Shown one piece after another: positions 1 to 12,765 of a stretch of DNA of 48,405 nt. Location: assembly GCF_006345805.1 (NCBI RefSeq), contig NW_021834359.1:1-48405 (forward strand). Reading direction: 5' to 3'. Below the pieces are notes generated by a model. The model did not search any database. It saw only the letters and a list, made by a program, of their open reading frames with translations, and was not told where the DNA came from. Both the position numbers and the translations under genes were made by a program. The number at the start of each line of letters is the position of its first letter. Position 1 is the first letter of the stretch. The stretch is from Octopus sinensis. Lineage: Eukaryota.

Positions 1-519
1 TTCACAATATATGGTGTCTTACCAGTTTTATTTTACCATCTTAGTCTGTTTCAAATATAAAATAAAGCAATATATATTTGTTAATGTTTCTATGCTGCGG
101 GTAAGGTTTCTCATTCTCTGTGAAATTTCTTAAATTTCTCGTTCGCATGTGATTGCTTTCGTTCGGACATTTTGATTCAGCCCAACGTATATCCGTGTCG
201 GTTGAAAATTGTGTATGTATGTGGTCGAGTGTCTTAATTATTTGCTATATACAGGAATGCATCTACAATTTAATGTACTTATGTGAACGGTATGTTGTGT
301 GTGCGTGCGTACATGTGAAGGTGTGTGAATATGTGTGTGAGTTTGTGTGTGTGTGTATAGAGGTATTTATGAGTATATGCAATTACGTCTAGCTTAATAC
401 TAATAGCTAAATGTGAATATCCATCCAATAGAATTTTCGACTAAATATATAGGCATACAATACAGATATACTATAATACATGTTTAATGTATCGCACAGA
501 AAAGTTAATTAAAAGAATG

Positions 520-1210
520 TACCGGAAGGCATTTTTTCGATAAAGGAGACGATGAAGATACACCTGAGGATTCTCAATTCCTTTTCCAAGACCAGAAGAT
601 GCCAAGCAAATAATAATCTACTCGAATCTTTCGAGAAGGACCTCTTCAGAACGGAGAAGAATATGAAGTTCACGAAAATATATAATGCCCTCCAGATAAA
701 ACTGATGAAGATAGAGCAAATCTAGAAATCAAACAAAATATTTGTGGAAGCAGACAAAACATTGAATGCCCAACACTTATAATAATCTACTGACAATTTT
801 ACCAAAGAATTATACTAAAAGAAAATTATTAATACTTTTACATTTTATATATATACAAAGGATATAGCTATAGCTTTACATCGTAGGTAGTAGAACCTTT
901 GGGCATTCAAAGGAACGTGTTTAACTTTCAAAAATTAGATCCGATCTTCAAGAGTAACCCAACCACCAAAAGAGTCTATTCAACGAAAACTGAGCCGAAA
1001 CGATTCTGTAAAGAAATTAAATGAAAGAAATGACAACTCCGGAAATTTTTTCGGTGGTTGAATCTTAAGGTATTCAAAAGAAGGTATTTAGCTTTCAACA
1101 ATCATATCGGATCTTCGTTAGTATCCCTATAAACAAAATAGTCTATCCAACGAAAACTGAACCTGGACAATTCCGTAAAGAAATTAAATGAGATAAATGA
1201 GAGCTCCAGA
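520..1210 (+). mobile_element. Degenerate Penelope-like element (PLE) ORF remnant, region N-terminal to the RT core
   Basis: Manual translation from ~552 gives LLESFEKDLFRTEKNMKFTKIYNALQIKLMKIEQI*KSNKIFVEADKT. From ~938 it gives DPIFKSNPTTKRVYSTKTEPKRFCKEIK. These resemble the recalled PLE pre-RT motifs FExDL..NIKF..KL..KS.K.F.xADKT and FKxNPT.R..NPxKxE. Stops and frameshifts are present. Confidence 0.55.
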
Positions 1211-1215
1211 GATTT
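900..1215 (+). repeat. Diverged ~167-bp tandem duplication inside the PLE remnant
   Basis: gatcttc at 943 and 1110; gtctattcaacgaaaactga vs gtctatccaacgaaaactga; gtaaagaaattaaatga present in both copies. Confidence 0.8.
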
Positions 1216-1337
1216 TGTAGATTAGCGCATTTGAATGACAGTACTTTAATAGTAAAGTAGTTAATATACATCCATGATAAAAGAGAGTGCTCACCTGCTC
1301 AGTAGATTTAGGTGGCTACTATTCATACGTTACTGGT

Positions 1338-1535
1338 CATCAATTCACCACAGAGGAAGTTCATCGTCATCAGTTCATCACAGAGAAAGTTCACCGTCAT
1401 CAATTTACCGTAGAGAAAGTTCACCGTCATCAATTCACCACAGAAGAAGTCCACCGTCATCAATTTATCGCAGAGAAATTTCACCTTCAACAATTAACCA
1501 CAGAGAAAGTTCACCGTTATCAAATTACCATTAAT
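1338..1535. repeat. 30-bp minisatellite, ~6.5 copies
   Basis: Units resembling catcaattcaccacagagaaagttcaccgt start at 1338, 1368, 1398, 1428, 1458, 1488 and 1518. Confidence 0.9.
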
Positions 1536-1594
1536 TTCGTCTCTTCCTTTTTTTTCAATAAAATAGTTTTTTAACTATTAATGGTGAGACCCTC

Positions 1595-1700
1595 GGTAAA
1601 CTTTCCTCGCGGTGAACTTTCCTCCTCACGCTGAACTTCCTTCACGATGAAATGGTGGCAGTGTACTTTCTCTTCGGTGAATTTATGGCGATGAACATTC
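1595..1700. repeat. Inverted, diverged copies of the minisatellite subunit
   Basis: cggtgaactttcctc, ggtaaactttcc and cggtgaattt are reverse complements of aaagttcaccg / aattcacc. Confidence 0.65.
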
Positions 1701-2164
1701 TTGTAATCACTTAAACTTAAGATTCGACCTTATAAGACAAAAATCGAAACACATAACTTTCTATTACACCCTCCTTATAAATGAGAATAGCTTTGTCATG
1801 TTTCTTAAACATATTATTGGACTGCGTTCCTGCAGGGCCAGTGGCTTGAAAGGTTCTTCAATTAAAAAACTTTAATCCCAGAACTTAAATTTTAAATCTG
1901 GTTTTAATTCTATCGACCTCGGGACGCAAGCAAACCAGCACCGGTTGTCAAGCGGTGGAGGGCAAACACAGCCCCTTCCCAACACAGAAAATTAGGCTGC
2001 TTTTCGCGCAATATTTTCCAAGCAATTTTTTGAATACACTTCGAAACCAACGTTTTCCTACCAACCAAAACAAAATATAAAATAAAAATAGCTTGTTCTT
2101 ACATAAAAGCAAAAGATAATTAGTTCCATGCAAGCCGTTGCTTATATCAAACAATTTTTTTTTT

Positions 2165-3075
2165 ACATTTTATCGCTCAAATAAAAGTCACTTTACATAC
2201 CGTTTCTGTATGCTTTTCCTTTATCAGCATCCGACAGGTTAATATTTTAATATTGAATTCGTGAAGATTTGTCTCACATAGAGACCGTAAAAAATTTGAA
2301 AATTTATTGCACTTACTTTTTTATGACAAATGAATGATTGCGCTTATAAAATCGACTTTTAATATCAATTGAGTTGACACAATGTAAACTTGAATTTCAT
2401 CTGTTTCTACTTCAGTGCCGTAATCTACAGAATTTACCAAATAGTTACTCTCTAGAGGGCAATCTCAAGAATTCTGAGGATATATCATTGTTGTGAGGCA
2501 ACGTTCTTTTCATTTAGCCTTGCTGCATGATAACCTCTGTTATATCAACTTTAATATTTTACAATGCTTATGCCCCAGCGGAAAAGGGTAACAGGTTAAC
2601 CTAAGGAATTCCCTGGCTATATTAGTTCTTACTGCAAGATTCACTTCTGTTTTGAACCATAAAATATTTGTTTCTCATGTTTTATTGTAATACTTTATGG
2701 CATCAATGCTTGCCTTATCGGAGAACCGACGTATTTCAGCGCTTCTGGGCGACTTGACTCCCGGTTACCCTCATAAAATCGCATTTGTTGTTAGATATCA
2801 AGATTACTCGTTTATTCGCATCGACCAACTTTTCCACATCACCTGGAGAGTTATTAGATGACATCTATGTACAGTACTTATTCATTTGCTTTGTGGTATG
2901 GTTTACGGCTATTAGAGTCCATTTTCAAGGTGGTACCTAGAAATTTAACAGCAATATGGTTAGTATATACAATTAAACTAAGTCCTCTGTTGAAGTACTT
3001 TTCATAATCTAAATTATGATAGGTGCAATATCTTAAGAGAACCAGGCTATTATTAGGATGAAAATCAGAGTCCAT
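2165..3075 (-). mobile_element. Degenerate Penelope-like element: RT C-terminus/thumb plus GIY-YIG endonuclease
   Basis: Minus-strand translation gives KFLGTTLKMDSNSRKPYHKANE*VLYI, then NILWFKTEVNLAVRTNIAREFLRLTCYPFPLGHKHCKI, then CPLESNYLVNSVDYGTEVETDEIQVYI, then KAYRNG. This matches in order the recalled PLE motifs NFLDVTL..KPYxKPN, IIWFNPPYS.NV.TNIG..FL.L..HFP..H.L.KI, CPL.G.CL..VVY....YIG and AY.NG..C. There are several stops and frameshifts. Confidence 0.75.
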
Positions 3076-3379
3076 TTCATGAAATTCCAGTTCTTTCTCA
3101 ACAAATCTTAAATATCTACTGCTATAGTTACACTTTGCTCCGATACTCTAAGCTTTTATATGAGATTATATAAATGAAACTGAATGAAACATTAAGCATT
3201 ACTCATTATTTACAGTAGAGTATTGTACATATTTTATTTTTACAGATGAAATGGCGGCATATTCTTCTTCGAAAAATTCTAAAATACTTTAGATTTTCAA
3301 AAGTAGCTTTTACTTCATGGATGATATTGTCATCAGTGGCGGAATGTGGTCGTCCACGAATAGGAGCAGTTTCCAATAA

Positions 3380-3680
3380 TATCCGACCACATAGGAACTG
3401 ACGATGAAATCGTGTGATGGTGCATAGTCACCATAAACCTCTTTCATTTCATCGACAGTCTCTTTTGGTGTACATCCTTTCAGGTATAAGAACCTGGCCA
3501 CTAATCTGCATACAACTGCCTTCATTATAAACCAACATCCATTTCAGCACCCGTAAAAGACAAATGAATACTAGTGGAAAGCTGCAATTTACAATGTGAC
3601 ATATAGAGACATGTAAAATTATACTTGTACAAGTTCCGTTAACTGCGAAAACTGGAAGTTGGTCAGAGGAAATCTTTAAT
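3380..3680 (-). mobile_element. Mariner transposon 5' remnant (transposase N-terminal HTH)
   Basis: ORF 3310-3525 begins CRLVARFLYLKGCTPKETVDEMKEVYGDYAPSH, resembling the mariner R.VI.FL..KG..P.E....M..VYG..APS motif. It degenerates downstream and no DD34D domain is present. Confidence 0.7.
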
Positions 3681-4089
3681 GAACAGCCCTCGTTTTCGTA
3701 TACTGTATGGAGCAATGAGTTTGTAAATTGGGTGTGTTGAAATCCTGTATTGTTGTGGCATATAAGGAAAATATCATTAAGTATATTTTAATTGGTTGCG
3801 TTGTATTAGTTTGTGGTGACAGGGAAATACATAATACGCTTTGATAAAGCATCAACAAAATATGGAATACAAAAAAGTGCAGAGGAAACGCAAAGTAAGG
3901 ATAAGTAATGCAACAGAAGTGAAAATAGACGATCAAATTCAAACAGTAAAGTAGTTGTGCATACACGGATTTACAATTACTTGTGAATTGAAACGTTCGA
4001 AGTAACTTTGAAACCGCGTAAAACCGATGACTATAGGAAACGAAACTTAGAAAATACACTTAAAAAGAGATTTACTTAGCTTATATTTG

Positions 4090-4098
4090 CCCATATAT

Positions 4099-4130
<32 letters not shown>

Positions 4131-4622
4131 TTCTGAAGAAAAGCCTTCCTTCCTTAAGCGTCTTATTAATACTCTGTATATACCACGTCCTCACATTGTT
4201 ATTTTAGTTGTGGTTTTTTCCTCGTCGTTTCTGGATTAATTATATATATATATATATACACACACACATATATACATATATATATATACATATATCTGCA
4301 TATATATATATATACGTGCATATATATATACATATATATACATATAGATATGTATATATGTATATGCATATATATACACATCGATATATACACATATATA
4401 TACATACATACGCACGCAGACACACACATTTATATACACACGTACAAATATATGTTTGTGTGTGAATGATCATGTAATAACACCAGCAGCTGCAACAACG
4501 AGATTAACTAAAACAACATCAAGAATAATAATAGCAATAACAATAATAATAATGGTGATTTCATTTATTTGCGGCAAGGGCGAAGAATGAGGGGCACAAT
4601 AATGATAATAATAGTTTTAATG

Positions 4623-4660
<38 letters not shown>

Positions 4661-4680
4661 CATATCATAATAATAATAAT

Positions 4681-4713
<33 letters not shown>

Positions 4714-4784
4714 AACAACAATAATAATAATAAAATAATAATAATAATAATAATAACAATAATAATAATATTAACAACAACAAC

Positions 4785-4835
<51 letters not shown>
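4090..4835. repeat. Compound microsatellites (GT)n, (TA/CA)n, (AAT/AAC)n
   Basis: Directly visible simple repeats. Confidence 0.9.
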
Positions 4836-4839
<4 letters not shown>

Positions 4840-5199
4840 TGATTACTTCTAATGCGAATACAGTATGTTCTGTACTAACAGAACATACCAAAAGACAAAT
4901 ATACAATGTATACACATAAAAAATAGACACGAAATAAGAGAGAATATATCAACACCATGTTCATTTAGCAAAAAGTAGCTTTAGAATACGGATTCCTTTT
5001 GACAACTCTGAATCGATGTGTATTTAATTAGGATATATTTTGTCGGAATTTCGGCAAAACACAAGGCATAAGCAACAAACAAAATTGAATTACGGAATGC
5101 GATACCGAGAGAACATGCTAGACGGTAACACCAACGTCGGAATAATAGTCCTATCTCCAGCCTCCACTCGTATTTTGTTGTTGTCGTCGTGGTCGTCAC

Positions 5200-5270
5200 C
5201 AACACATTACCACCTCCACCACCCTCATCATCATCATCATCATCGTCATCGTCGTCGTCGTCATCACCAC

Positions 5271-5307
<37 letters not shown>

Positions 5308-5548
5308 GTCATCATCATCATCATCGTCATCGTCATCATTGTCGTCGTCGTCGTCATCATCATCATCATCGTCGTCGTCGTCGTCGTCATCATCATCATC
5401 ATCATCATCGTCGTCGTTGTCGTCGTCGTCATCATCATTATCACCAACACCACCACCACCACCACCACCACCACCATAATTATCACTAGCATCATCAACG
5501 AGACGATCATCATCATCATCATCACCATCATCGCCATCATCATCCTCG

Positions 5549-5601
<53 letters not shown>

Positions 5602-5971
5602 TTCATCTTCATCGTCATCGTCGTCATCATCATCATCATCATCATTATCAACACCACCACCACCATCATAATTATCCCTAGCATCATCAACGAGACCATC
5701 ATCGGCATCATCATCAGCATCATCTTCCTCATTGCTATTGTCGTCGTCCTTAGCATCGCCTTATATCGTTGTGGTTGTCATCATCATCGTCGTTATCATC
5801 ATCATCATCATCATCATCATCGTCGTCGTCATCGATGTCGTCGTCATCGTCGCCATTGTCGTTGTTGTCGCCGTCGTCCTCATTATCCTCATTATCATTA
5901 TCGTCATCATCGTCGTCATTGTCTTCATCACCGTCATCACCGTCACCATCATCATCATCATCATCATCATC

Positions 5972-6014
<43 letters not shown>

Positions 6015-6260
6015 AGCAGCAGTAGCAGCATCATCACCATCATCATCATCATCACCATCATCATCATCAGCAGCAGCAGCAGCAGCATCACCATCATCAC
6101 CATCATCCTCATCATCATCATCATCATCATCATCAATGTCGACATCCTCATCATGGTTGTCGCTACTATCATCATTACTATCAGCAACAGCAGCATCAAC
6201 AACCGCGGCAGCATCACGGTCGTCGTCATCATCATCTTCATCATTTTCATCATCATAATC
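5200..6260. repeat. Long trinucleotide compound microsatellite (CAT/CGT/CAC/CAG)n
   Basis: Directly visible. It contains a duplicated unique spacer, ataattatc(a/c)ctagcatcatcaacgaga, at ~5477 and ~5668. Confidence 0.95.
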
Positions 6261-6619
6261 AGCATCATGAACATCGCCAATTTCAACGTCGTCGCTCCAG
6301 TTGTCCGGGTCGACGCCGTCGTCTTCATTGTAATCAGAGTCGTAGTTCTCATCATCCGTAACACTAATTACTTCAGGGAGAGCCGCAATGGAAAATAAAA
6401 AAAGGCGACAGCAATAATAACAACAAGAACAACATGCAAACAGCGAAAACAAAAGCAAACAAAATATTATATAATTAATAAAAAAATAATAGTTAAATAA
6501 ATAAATAAATAAATTATTGAATCATTAGATAGGATTATGTCGTTCGTAGCGAATGAAGAGAAAGAAGATAAGCAGAGACACGTAAAAGATTTTCTTTCGG
6601 TTCATTGCGGCGAAAGGAG

Positions 6620-6625
6620 AGATAG

Positions 6626-6705
<80 letters not shown>

Positions 6706-6709
6706 AGAG

Positions 6710-6744
<35 letters not shown>

Positions 6745-6767
6745 TAGATAGATAGATAGATAGATAC

Positions 6768-6819
<52 letters not shown>

Positions 6820-6856
6820 CGAGAGAGAGAGATGGATAGATAGATAGATACATAGA

Positions 6857-6890
<34 letters not shown>

Positions 6891-7011
6891 GACAGACAGA
6901 CAGACACAGAGAGAGATAAAAGGGGGAGATGGAGTGAGAGAGAGAAGCAGACAGAGAAAGAGAAAGAGAGATCGACAGAGTGACAGACCGACAGAGAGAC
7001 CGACAGATGAT

Positions 7012-7046
<35 letters not shown>

Positions 7047-8075
7047 AGAAAAAGAGAGAGAAAAATAGAAGAAAAAAGGGAGAGAAAGAGAGGGGTGAGA
7101 GACAAAGAGAGAGAGTGTGAGTAAGAGAGAGAGAGAGACAAAGAATGAGAGAGACAGAGTGGGCGCGAGAGAGAAGGTGAGAGAGAAGGTGAGAGAGAAG
7201 ATGAGAAAGAACAGGATTTCTTTACGATTTAAATTTTTCAGTATTGATTTGCTTTGATTTTCGCGGATTTTCATTTAATTTTTTAATTTCTATTTTTGTT
7301 ATTTTCCATTACTTTTTTCATGGTTGGAGATTTACTTCCTTATCTAATTTAAAAAGCTAATTTGTAAAACCATTTTCACCTGGGGATTTATTAATTTACG
7401 ACAGGATTTACTAATAGATAGGAAGAGATAAACTAAGTGTATGGATGCACAGGGTTTGTGTGTGCGTGTTTTGTATTGTGTGTATGGTATGTATGCATGT
7501 GTGTGTGTATGTGTGTGTGTATGTATGTATGTATGTATGTATCTATGTATGTGTGTATCTATGTATGTATGCATGTATGTATGTATGTATATATGTATGT
7601 ATGTATGTATGCATGCATGTATGTATGTATGTATGCATGTATGTATGTATGCATGTATGTATGTATGTATGTATGTATGTATGTATGTAGGGTTAGGGTA
7701 TGTATGTATGCATGCATGTATGTATGCATGTATATATGTATGTATATATGTATGCATGTATGTATGCATGCATGTATGTATGTATGCATGTATGTATGTA
7801 TGTATGTATGTAGGGTTAGGGTATGTATGTATGCATGCATGTATGTATGCATGTATATATGTATGTATATATGTATGCATGTATGTATGCATGCATGTAT
7901 GTATGTATGCATGTATGTTGTATGTATGTATGTAGGGTTAGGGTTTGTATGTATGCATGCATGTATGTATGCATGCATGTATGTATGTATATATGTATGT
8001 ATATATGCATGTATATATGTATGTATGTATGAGTGTGTGTATGTATGAGTGTGTGTGTATGTATGTATGTATGTA
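6620..8075. repeat. (GATA)n, (GA)n and (ATGT)n microsatellite block
   Basis: Directly visible. The (ATGT)n part has a ~122-bp higher-order unit marked by tagggttaggg. Confidence 0.95.
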
Positions 8076-8939
8076 TTAGTGAGTGTATGTGTGTTTGAGT
8101 GCGTGGGGCGGAGGGAAGAGACATTGACGACAGAGATATAGATCGAATGTGGAATGTAGACAAAGGGGAAGATATAGTAAGATTAAGATTAAAAGAAAGA
8201 TATATGCAAGAGAGTAGGGAAAAAAGGTGACACAGATAGAGATAGAGAGAAAACGGTAGAGAGAGAAGGAAAAAGAAAGAGACACTCAAAGACATGAGAC
8301 AGATACGGAGAAGAAGACAATCAGAGATAGTAAAGGAGAAAAACAAGACAGAATAGGGAATGAATGCCGACTGAAGAAATAATAAAAAAAAATGCGAGGA
8401 AAATAATGATGAATTTAAACATAATTGAACAGTTACACTTTAAATTGGAAATTTCTCATTTAATTTTAAATTGCCCCCTAACTGTAGATTTTCTACCTTT
8501 TGTCAATTCGAACTTCTAAACACTATGTTCCATCTGTAGTACCCCCCCCCCACTCCTGTGATTCTTCTTTGAATACACAGTGTCATATAATAATCATTTG
8601 ATTATTTTATTTTAAAAAATCTGTAAAATTTTCGATACAATTTTATCTTAAAGCAACGTGCTCGTATATAGGTATGAGGTGTATATATATATGAGGTGTT
8701 TTAATTTTATGGTGATACACGTTTGCACACACACGTACATACACAAACATACACACACACACACACATACACGCACACCTACATACATATATATTATATA
8801 TATATATATATAAATGTGTGTGTGTGTGTGTGTGTGTGTGCATACATGTATATATTTATATATATATAAACAAATGAAAGAAAGGGAAAATGGAATTCAC
8901 GAATTTCTTTATTAATCAGAACGATCGTTTCGGCCCTAC

Positions 8940-8970
<31 letters not shown>

Positions 8971-9197
8971 GCGCATACGGACAACTATACATTCCTCCAT
9001 GTGCAACGAAGTATCAATTTATTTTTTTTGTCATCCTGGCGAAGATTGAATGAGTAACATTGCTTGCGCCATGCCTCTGCAAGCGAAGTTAATTTTCCCA
9101 GCGAGTTCAATTTAAATTTTCATTCTTACAGATCAACGGATAATGTGAGATTCAAGTACCTAACTTGAATCCCTCACTCCACCATGTTCTCTCCCCA

Positions 9198-9238
<41 letters not shown>

Positions 9239-9564
9239 GTTTCCTCTTTCTTTCTGTCTTTCTCTCTCTCTCTCTCCCTGTCACACTCTGGCTTTTTCTC
9301 TCGTTCACTGATGGTGTACATCGAGGTAGATGGTCGTGGATGAAATCTCGCAACTTCCCTTTTCCCCTTTTCCCTAGAAATGGAGAAGCACGAGTGAAGG
9401 TTTAACAATCACATTACATAGAAATAAGTTAGTAATATACTACTGTCAAGATGGGGGTAAAACGAAGTGCTAAATTTCACGAAACGAAGCAGAATTAGCA
9501 ATATATATGCAGGGTGTTCGGTCTAAATAATTGCATAGAAAACGGGTGGCTGGAAATTAATATA

Positions 9565-9565
9565 A

Positions 9566-9648
<83 letters not shown>

Positions 9649-9663
9649 CATGCGTATATGTAC

Positions 9664-9695
<32 letters not shown>

Positions 9696-9732
9696 GTGCA
9701 TACATATATATATATATATATATATGTGTGTG

Positions 9733-9775
<43 letters not shown>
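9565..9775. repeat. (TA)n microsatellite
   Basis: Directly visible. Confidence 0.95.
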
Positions 9776-9777
<2 letters not shown>

Positions 9778-9989
9778 GATACACCTGTCCTCGTCTTTTG
9801 TTTTCCGTGAAGTTGAAGTCTGTGTGTGTACAAATCAATATATTGTGCCTAAGCTCACTCATCTGAATATACCCTCGGATTTTCAGATGCGTATGAGCAC
9901 AAATATGAAGTGATGTAAAGGCTGAGCCACGGCTAAGGCTCTATAAAGTTACTTCCAATCTGAGGTTCAAGAATATCGTTCGAAATTTG

Positions 9990-11330
9990 GTTCCTTAGAA
10001 TGTTGACTGGGGCACCACACCACGACTTATCGGCTGGTGTCCCATACCCTGATGTATATTCTGTAGTCCTTTATTGTAAACTGCAGGCTTGGTGTCGACA
10101 ACGTTACACATATGATAGGACCTAGAGTGTGACTCACAAATTGAGACCTTACAATATAATACATAGCGTAAGACACTAGACATTAGCTACTCAGATTTGG
10201 ATCATTGACTGTGAGTCATACGCAAGGAATCAAGACAGTGATTCATTGGTTGGAGCCTAGATGTGACACACATGAGAGGGCCCAAGATCGTAAAATACAA
10301 GCTGGAACGCAAGAGTGTTCCTTACGTGCTATTGCTCAGTGCTGTGACGAACAGGTTGAACGCCTAGACTACGACTTATTATCCGGACTCCTAGTCTAGG
10401 GATGTAGATCTTGAAACATATGCTGCCGCATATGGTTCATAATCATTGATTGGGTAACTCATAGACTTCGACTTAAACTGTTATTCACAATCTGGGTCCC
10501 TAGACTATGACTCATGTAATGCGGCGCTATACAGTGACACAAGCACCGATGCATTAAACATTGGAACATACGACGTGACCCTAGACTGCTAATCATAGGC
10601 TGGGGTTTAATAGTGATGCTCATAGGCTGAGGTAGTGATGCTTGGCACATACGCTATTCTCAAAGCAGCTGACTCATAGACCATAAATGAGAGGCTGGGC
10701 TCCGAGAACCCAAATAATATAGTAGATTCCTGCAATATGACTAGGACTTAGGTAGTAGCTTAAAAGTAGTAGGGAATTATGCAAATCGGTGATTCTCAGA
10801 CGATGAAACTTGTCCCTGACCTATAAGTCGTGTTTCTAGATAGTCACTCAACAGTGCGACTGCAACACATGGAGTGAGACTCAAAAGCTGAACTATTAGT
10901 CTATGACTCATATGCTGTAACCTAGACATGACGTAGGATACATCTCATGTGAATGACTCAGACTCTTAGTCTCTGACTTACATGCTGATGAGTTAGACGA
11001 TGATCCATGGACTGAAGACCCGGAATATATCATTTCTTAGGGCTTTTGCCCGTGATTGATATACTAGAGTCCTTCTCTATGACTTAGTGGGTGAGGTGTT
11101 AGACCGTGACTCACAAGCTTGGCGAAACGTGCTACGATTCATTTCCTACGACCGATGACTGTGACTCTCGCGTTGTGTTCTAGCGTGTGACACATATGCT
11201 AATGGAATATATTGTGTTGTATAACCTGGAGATTGGGATTATGAATATAAGTCTACGAGTCAAGTCGATTTATTATGTGAGAAGGAAACATGAATATGGT
11301 GTAAAAGTAGTAGGCAGAGTCAAAAGCAAC
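9990..11330. other. Compositionally distinct island with a recurring CCTAGACTATGACTCATA-like motif (highly degenerate satellite or assembly-noise segment)
   Basis: Motif variants at 10121, 10256, 10363, 10499, 10580, ~10897, 10921 and ~11100. Exact TGA(C/G)TCA at 10130, 10212, 10508, 10670, 10904, 10954 and 11107. Confidence 0.55.
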
Positions 11331-11468
11331 TGCGTATAATGGAGCAACATATAACGAAGTGCGTTCCTCAAGGAACATGTAACGCCCACAGCAGGGAGCT
11401 AGCCCACAAATATACTGCTGTGGAAGTAAATATGTCCACCACTAGTCTATGTGCATTTACACGCACGC

Positions 11469-11596
<128 letters not shown>

Positions 11597-11763
11597 CATG
11601 CATACACAGCCATGAAGTATAAATAAAATATGTAGTGCAATTTCTACGAGTTTTTTGAAAGGTTCGCACTCTTAATATGCTTAATATGTTATTACAAGCT
11701 GGATAGGATATAAGTAGAATAGTATTATAGATGACAAGAGAAAAAAAACAAGAGGTACAAAAC

Positions 11764-11821
<58 letters not shown>

Positions 11822-12636
11822 GCATCATTGGTGAAATATATTATGTAACAGCATTTAAATTGCAGAGTATGAAAAGAAAATAGAGCATAGAGCATATATG
11901 ACAAAAAAAGACAAAAAATGAAAATGTAAAAATTAGCACACAAAAAAAGGTATCGACAACAACAACAAAAACAACAACGACAACAACAATATCAACTTCA
12001 CCAACAACCAGAACAACAATAAATGAGCTAAAATACATAAAACACTCTGACACGAGCCGTTAATAAGTTTCATCATCTCCGCAACGTCTTGCCGTGTCAA
12101 ATTTTATTTTTGTCGCTTTCATTTTATTGTTTCTTTATATATTTCGATTATTTAATCTATTTATCTATCATAGGTTACTTCATGCTAACCTTCCCTGTCC
12201 TTCTAGTACTTCCCTCTTTTTAGTGTTCAGCTTCCCTATACACACTGTAGTCCCGGTTTTCCTTTTTGCTGACATTTTTTTCTCTACCGCATTTTTTTTT
12301 TTTATCTGATGATCGCACGTATACACACAGTGAAACGCATATCATAGCGCTGAACTTAATGCGTTGAAATTGATATATACATGCACAGATAAAGATACGA
12401 ATAACATACACGTATATACACATACAAAGGCATGCGTGTAGATAGTGTTGATACTGTTCTCCGTCCTTACTGTTCGCAGCAGTCATAGCACTATAATATT
12501 TTACACTCTAGAACTATATTGAGAACCTTTAGAGATTATCATTTAACTTTCGCCTATAACTACAAAGATATAATATTTTAAGCATAATGATACATACATA
12601 CTATTATACATAGAGAAATATATATGTATATATATA

Positions 12637-12765
12637 CAGGGTGTCCCAAAAAAATGTATACACATAGTGGTTCGGCAAAAGAGAACGATAGAATAAGTAC
12701 TAGGCTTACAAAGGATAACAAATTTACAATTATTTAAGGTGTGTATACATTTTTTGGGGACACCC

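Noticed and set aside
702-728. CTGATGA-agat..atct-a-GAAA hammerhead-like core
   Set aside because: There is no convincing stem I or helix III, and the motif falls within the PLE coding remnant (codons K-L-M-K).
4131-4235. ttctgaagaaaagcc... resembling a PLE/hammerhead end
   Set aside because: No downstream GAAA or pairing stems; too degraded to call.
4199-8346. Many long ORFs (poly-His, poly-Ser, poly-Met, YLSI and MYVC repeats)
   Set aside because: They are translations of microsatellites that lack stop codons. The same applies to similar ORFs at 11.4-14.5, 22.5-23.9, 31.0-31.6, 33.9-34.7 and 42.6-46.7 kb.
9990-11330. CRISPR-like repeat-spacer appearance
   Set aside because: The repeats are highly degenerate and irregularly spaced, the context is eukaryotic and no cas genes are present. 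It is kept only as an unexplained motif island.
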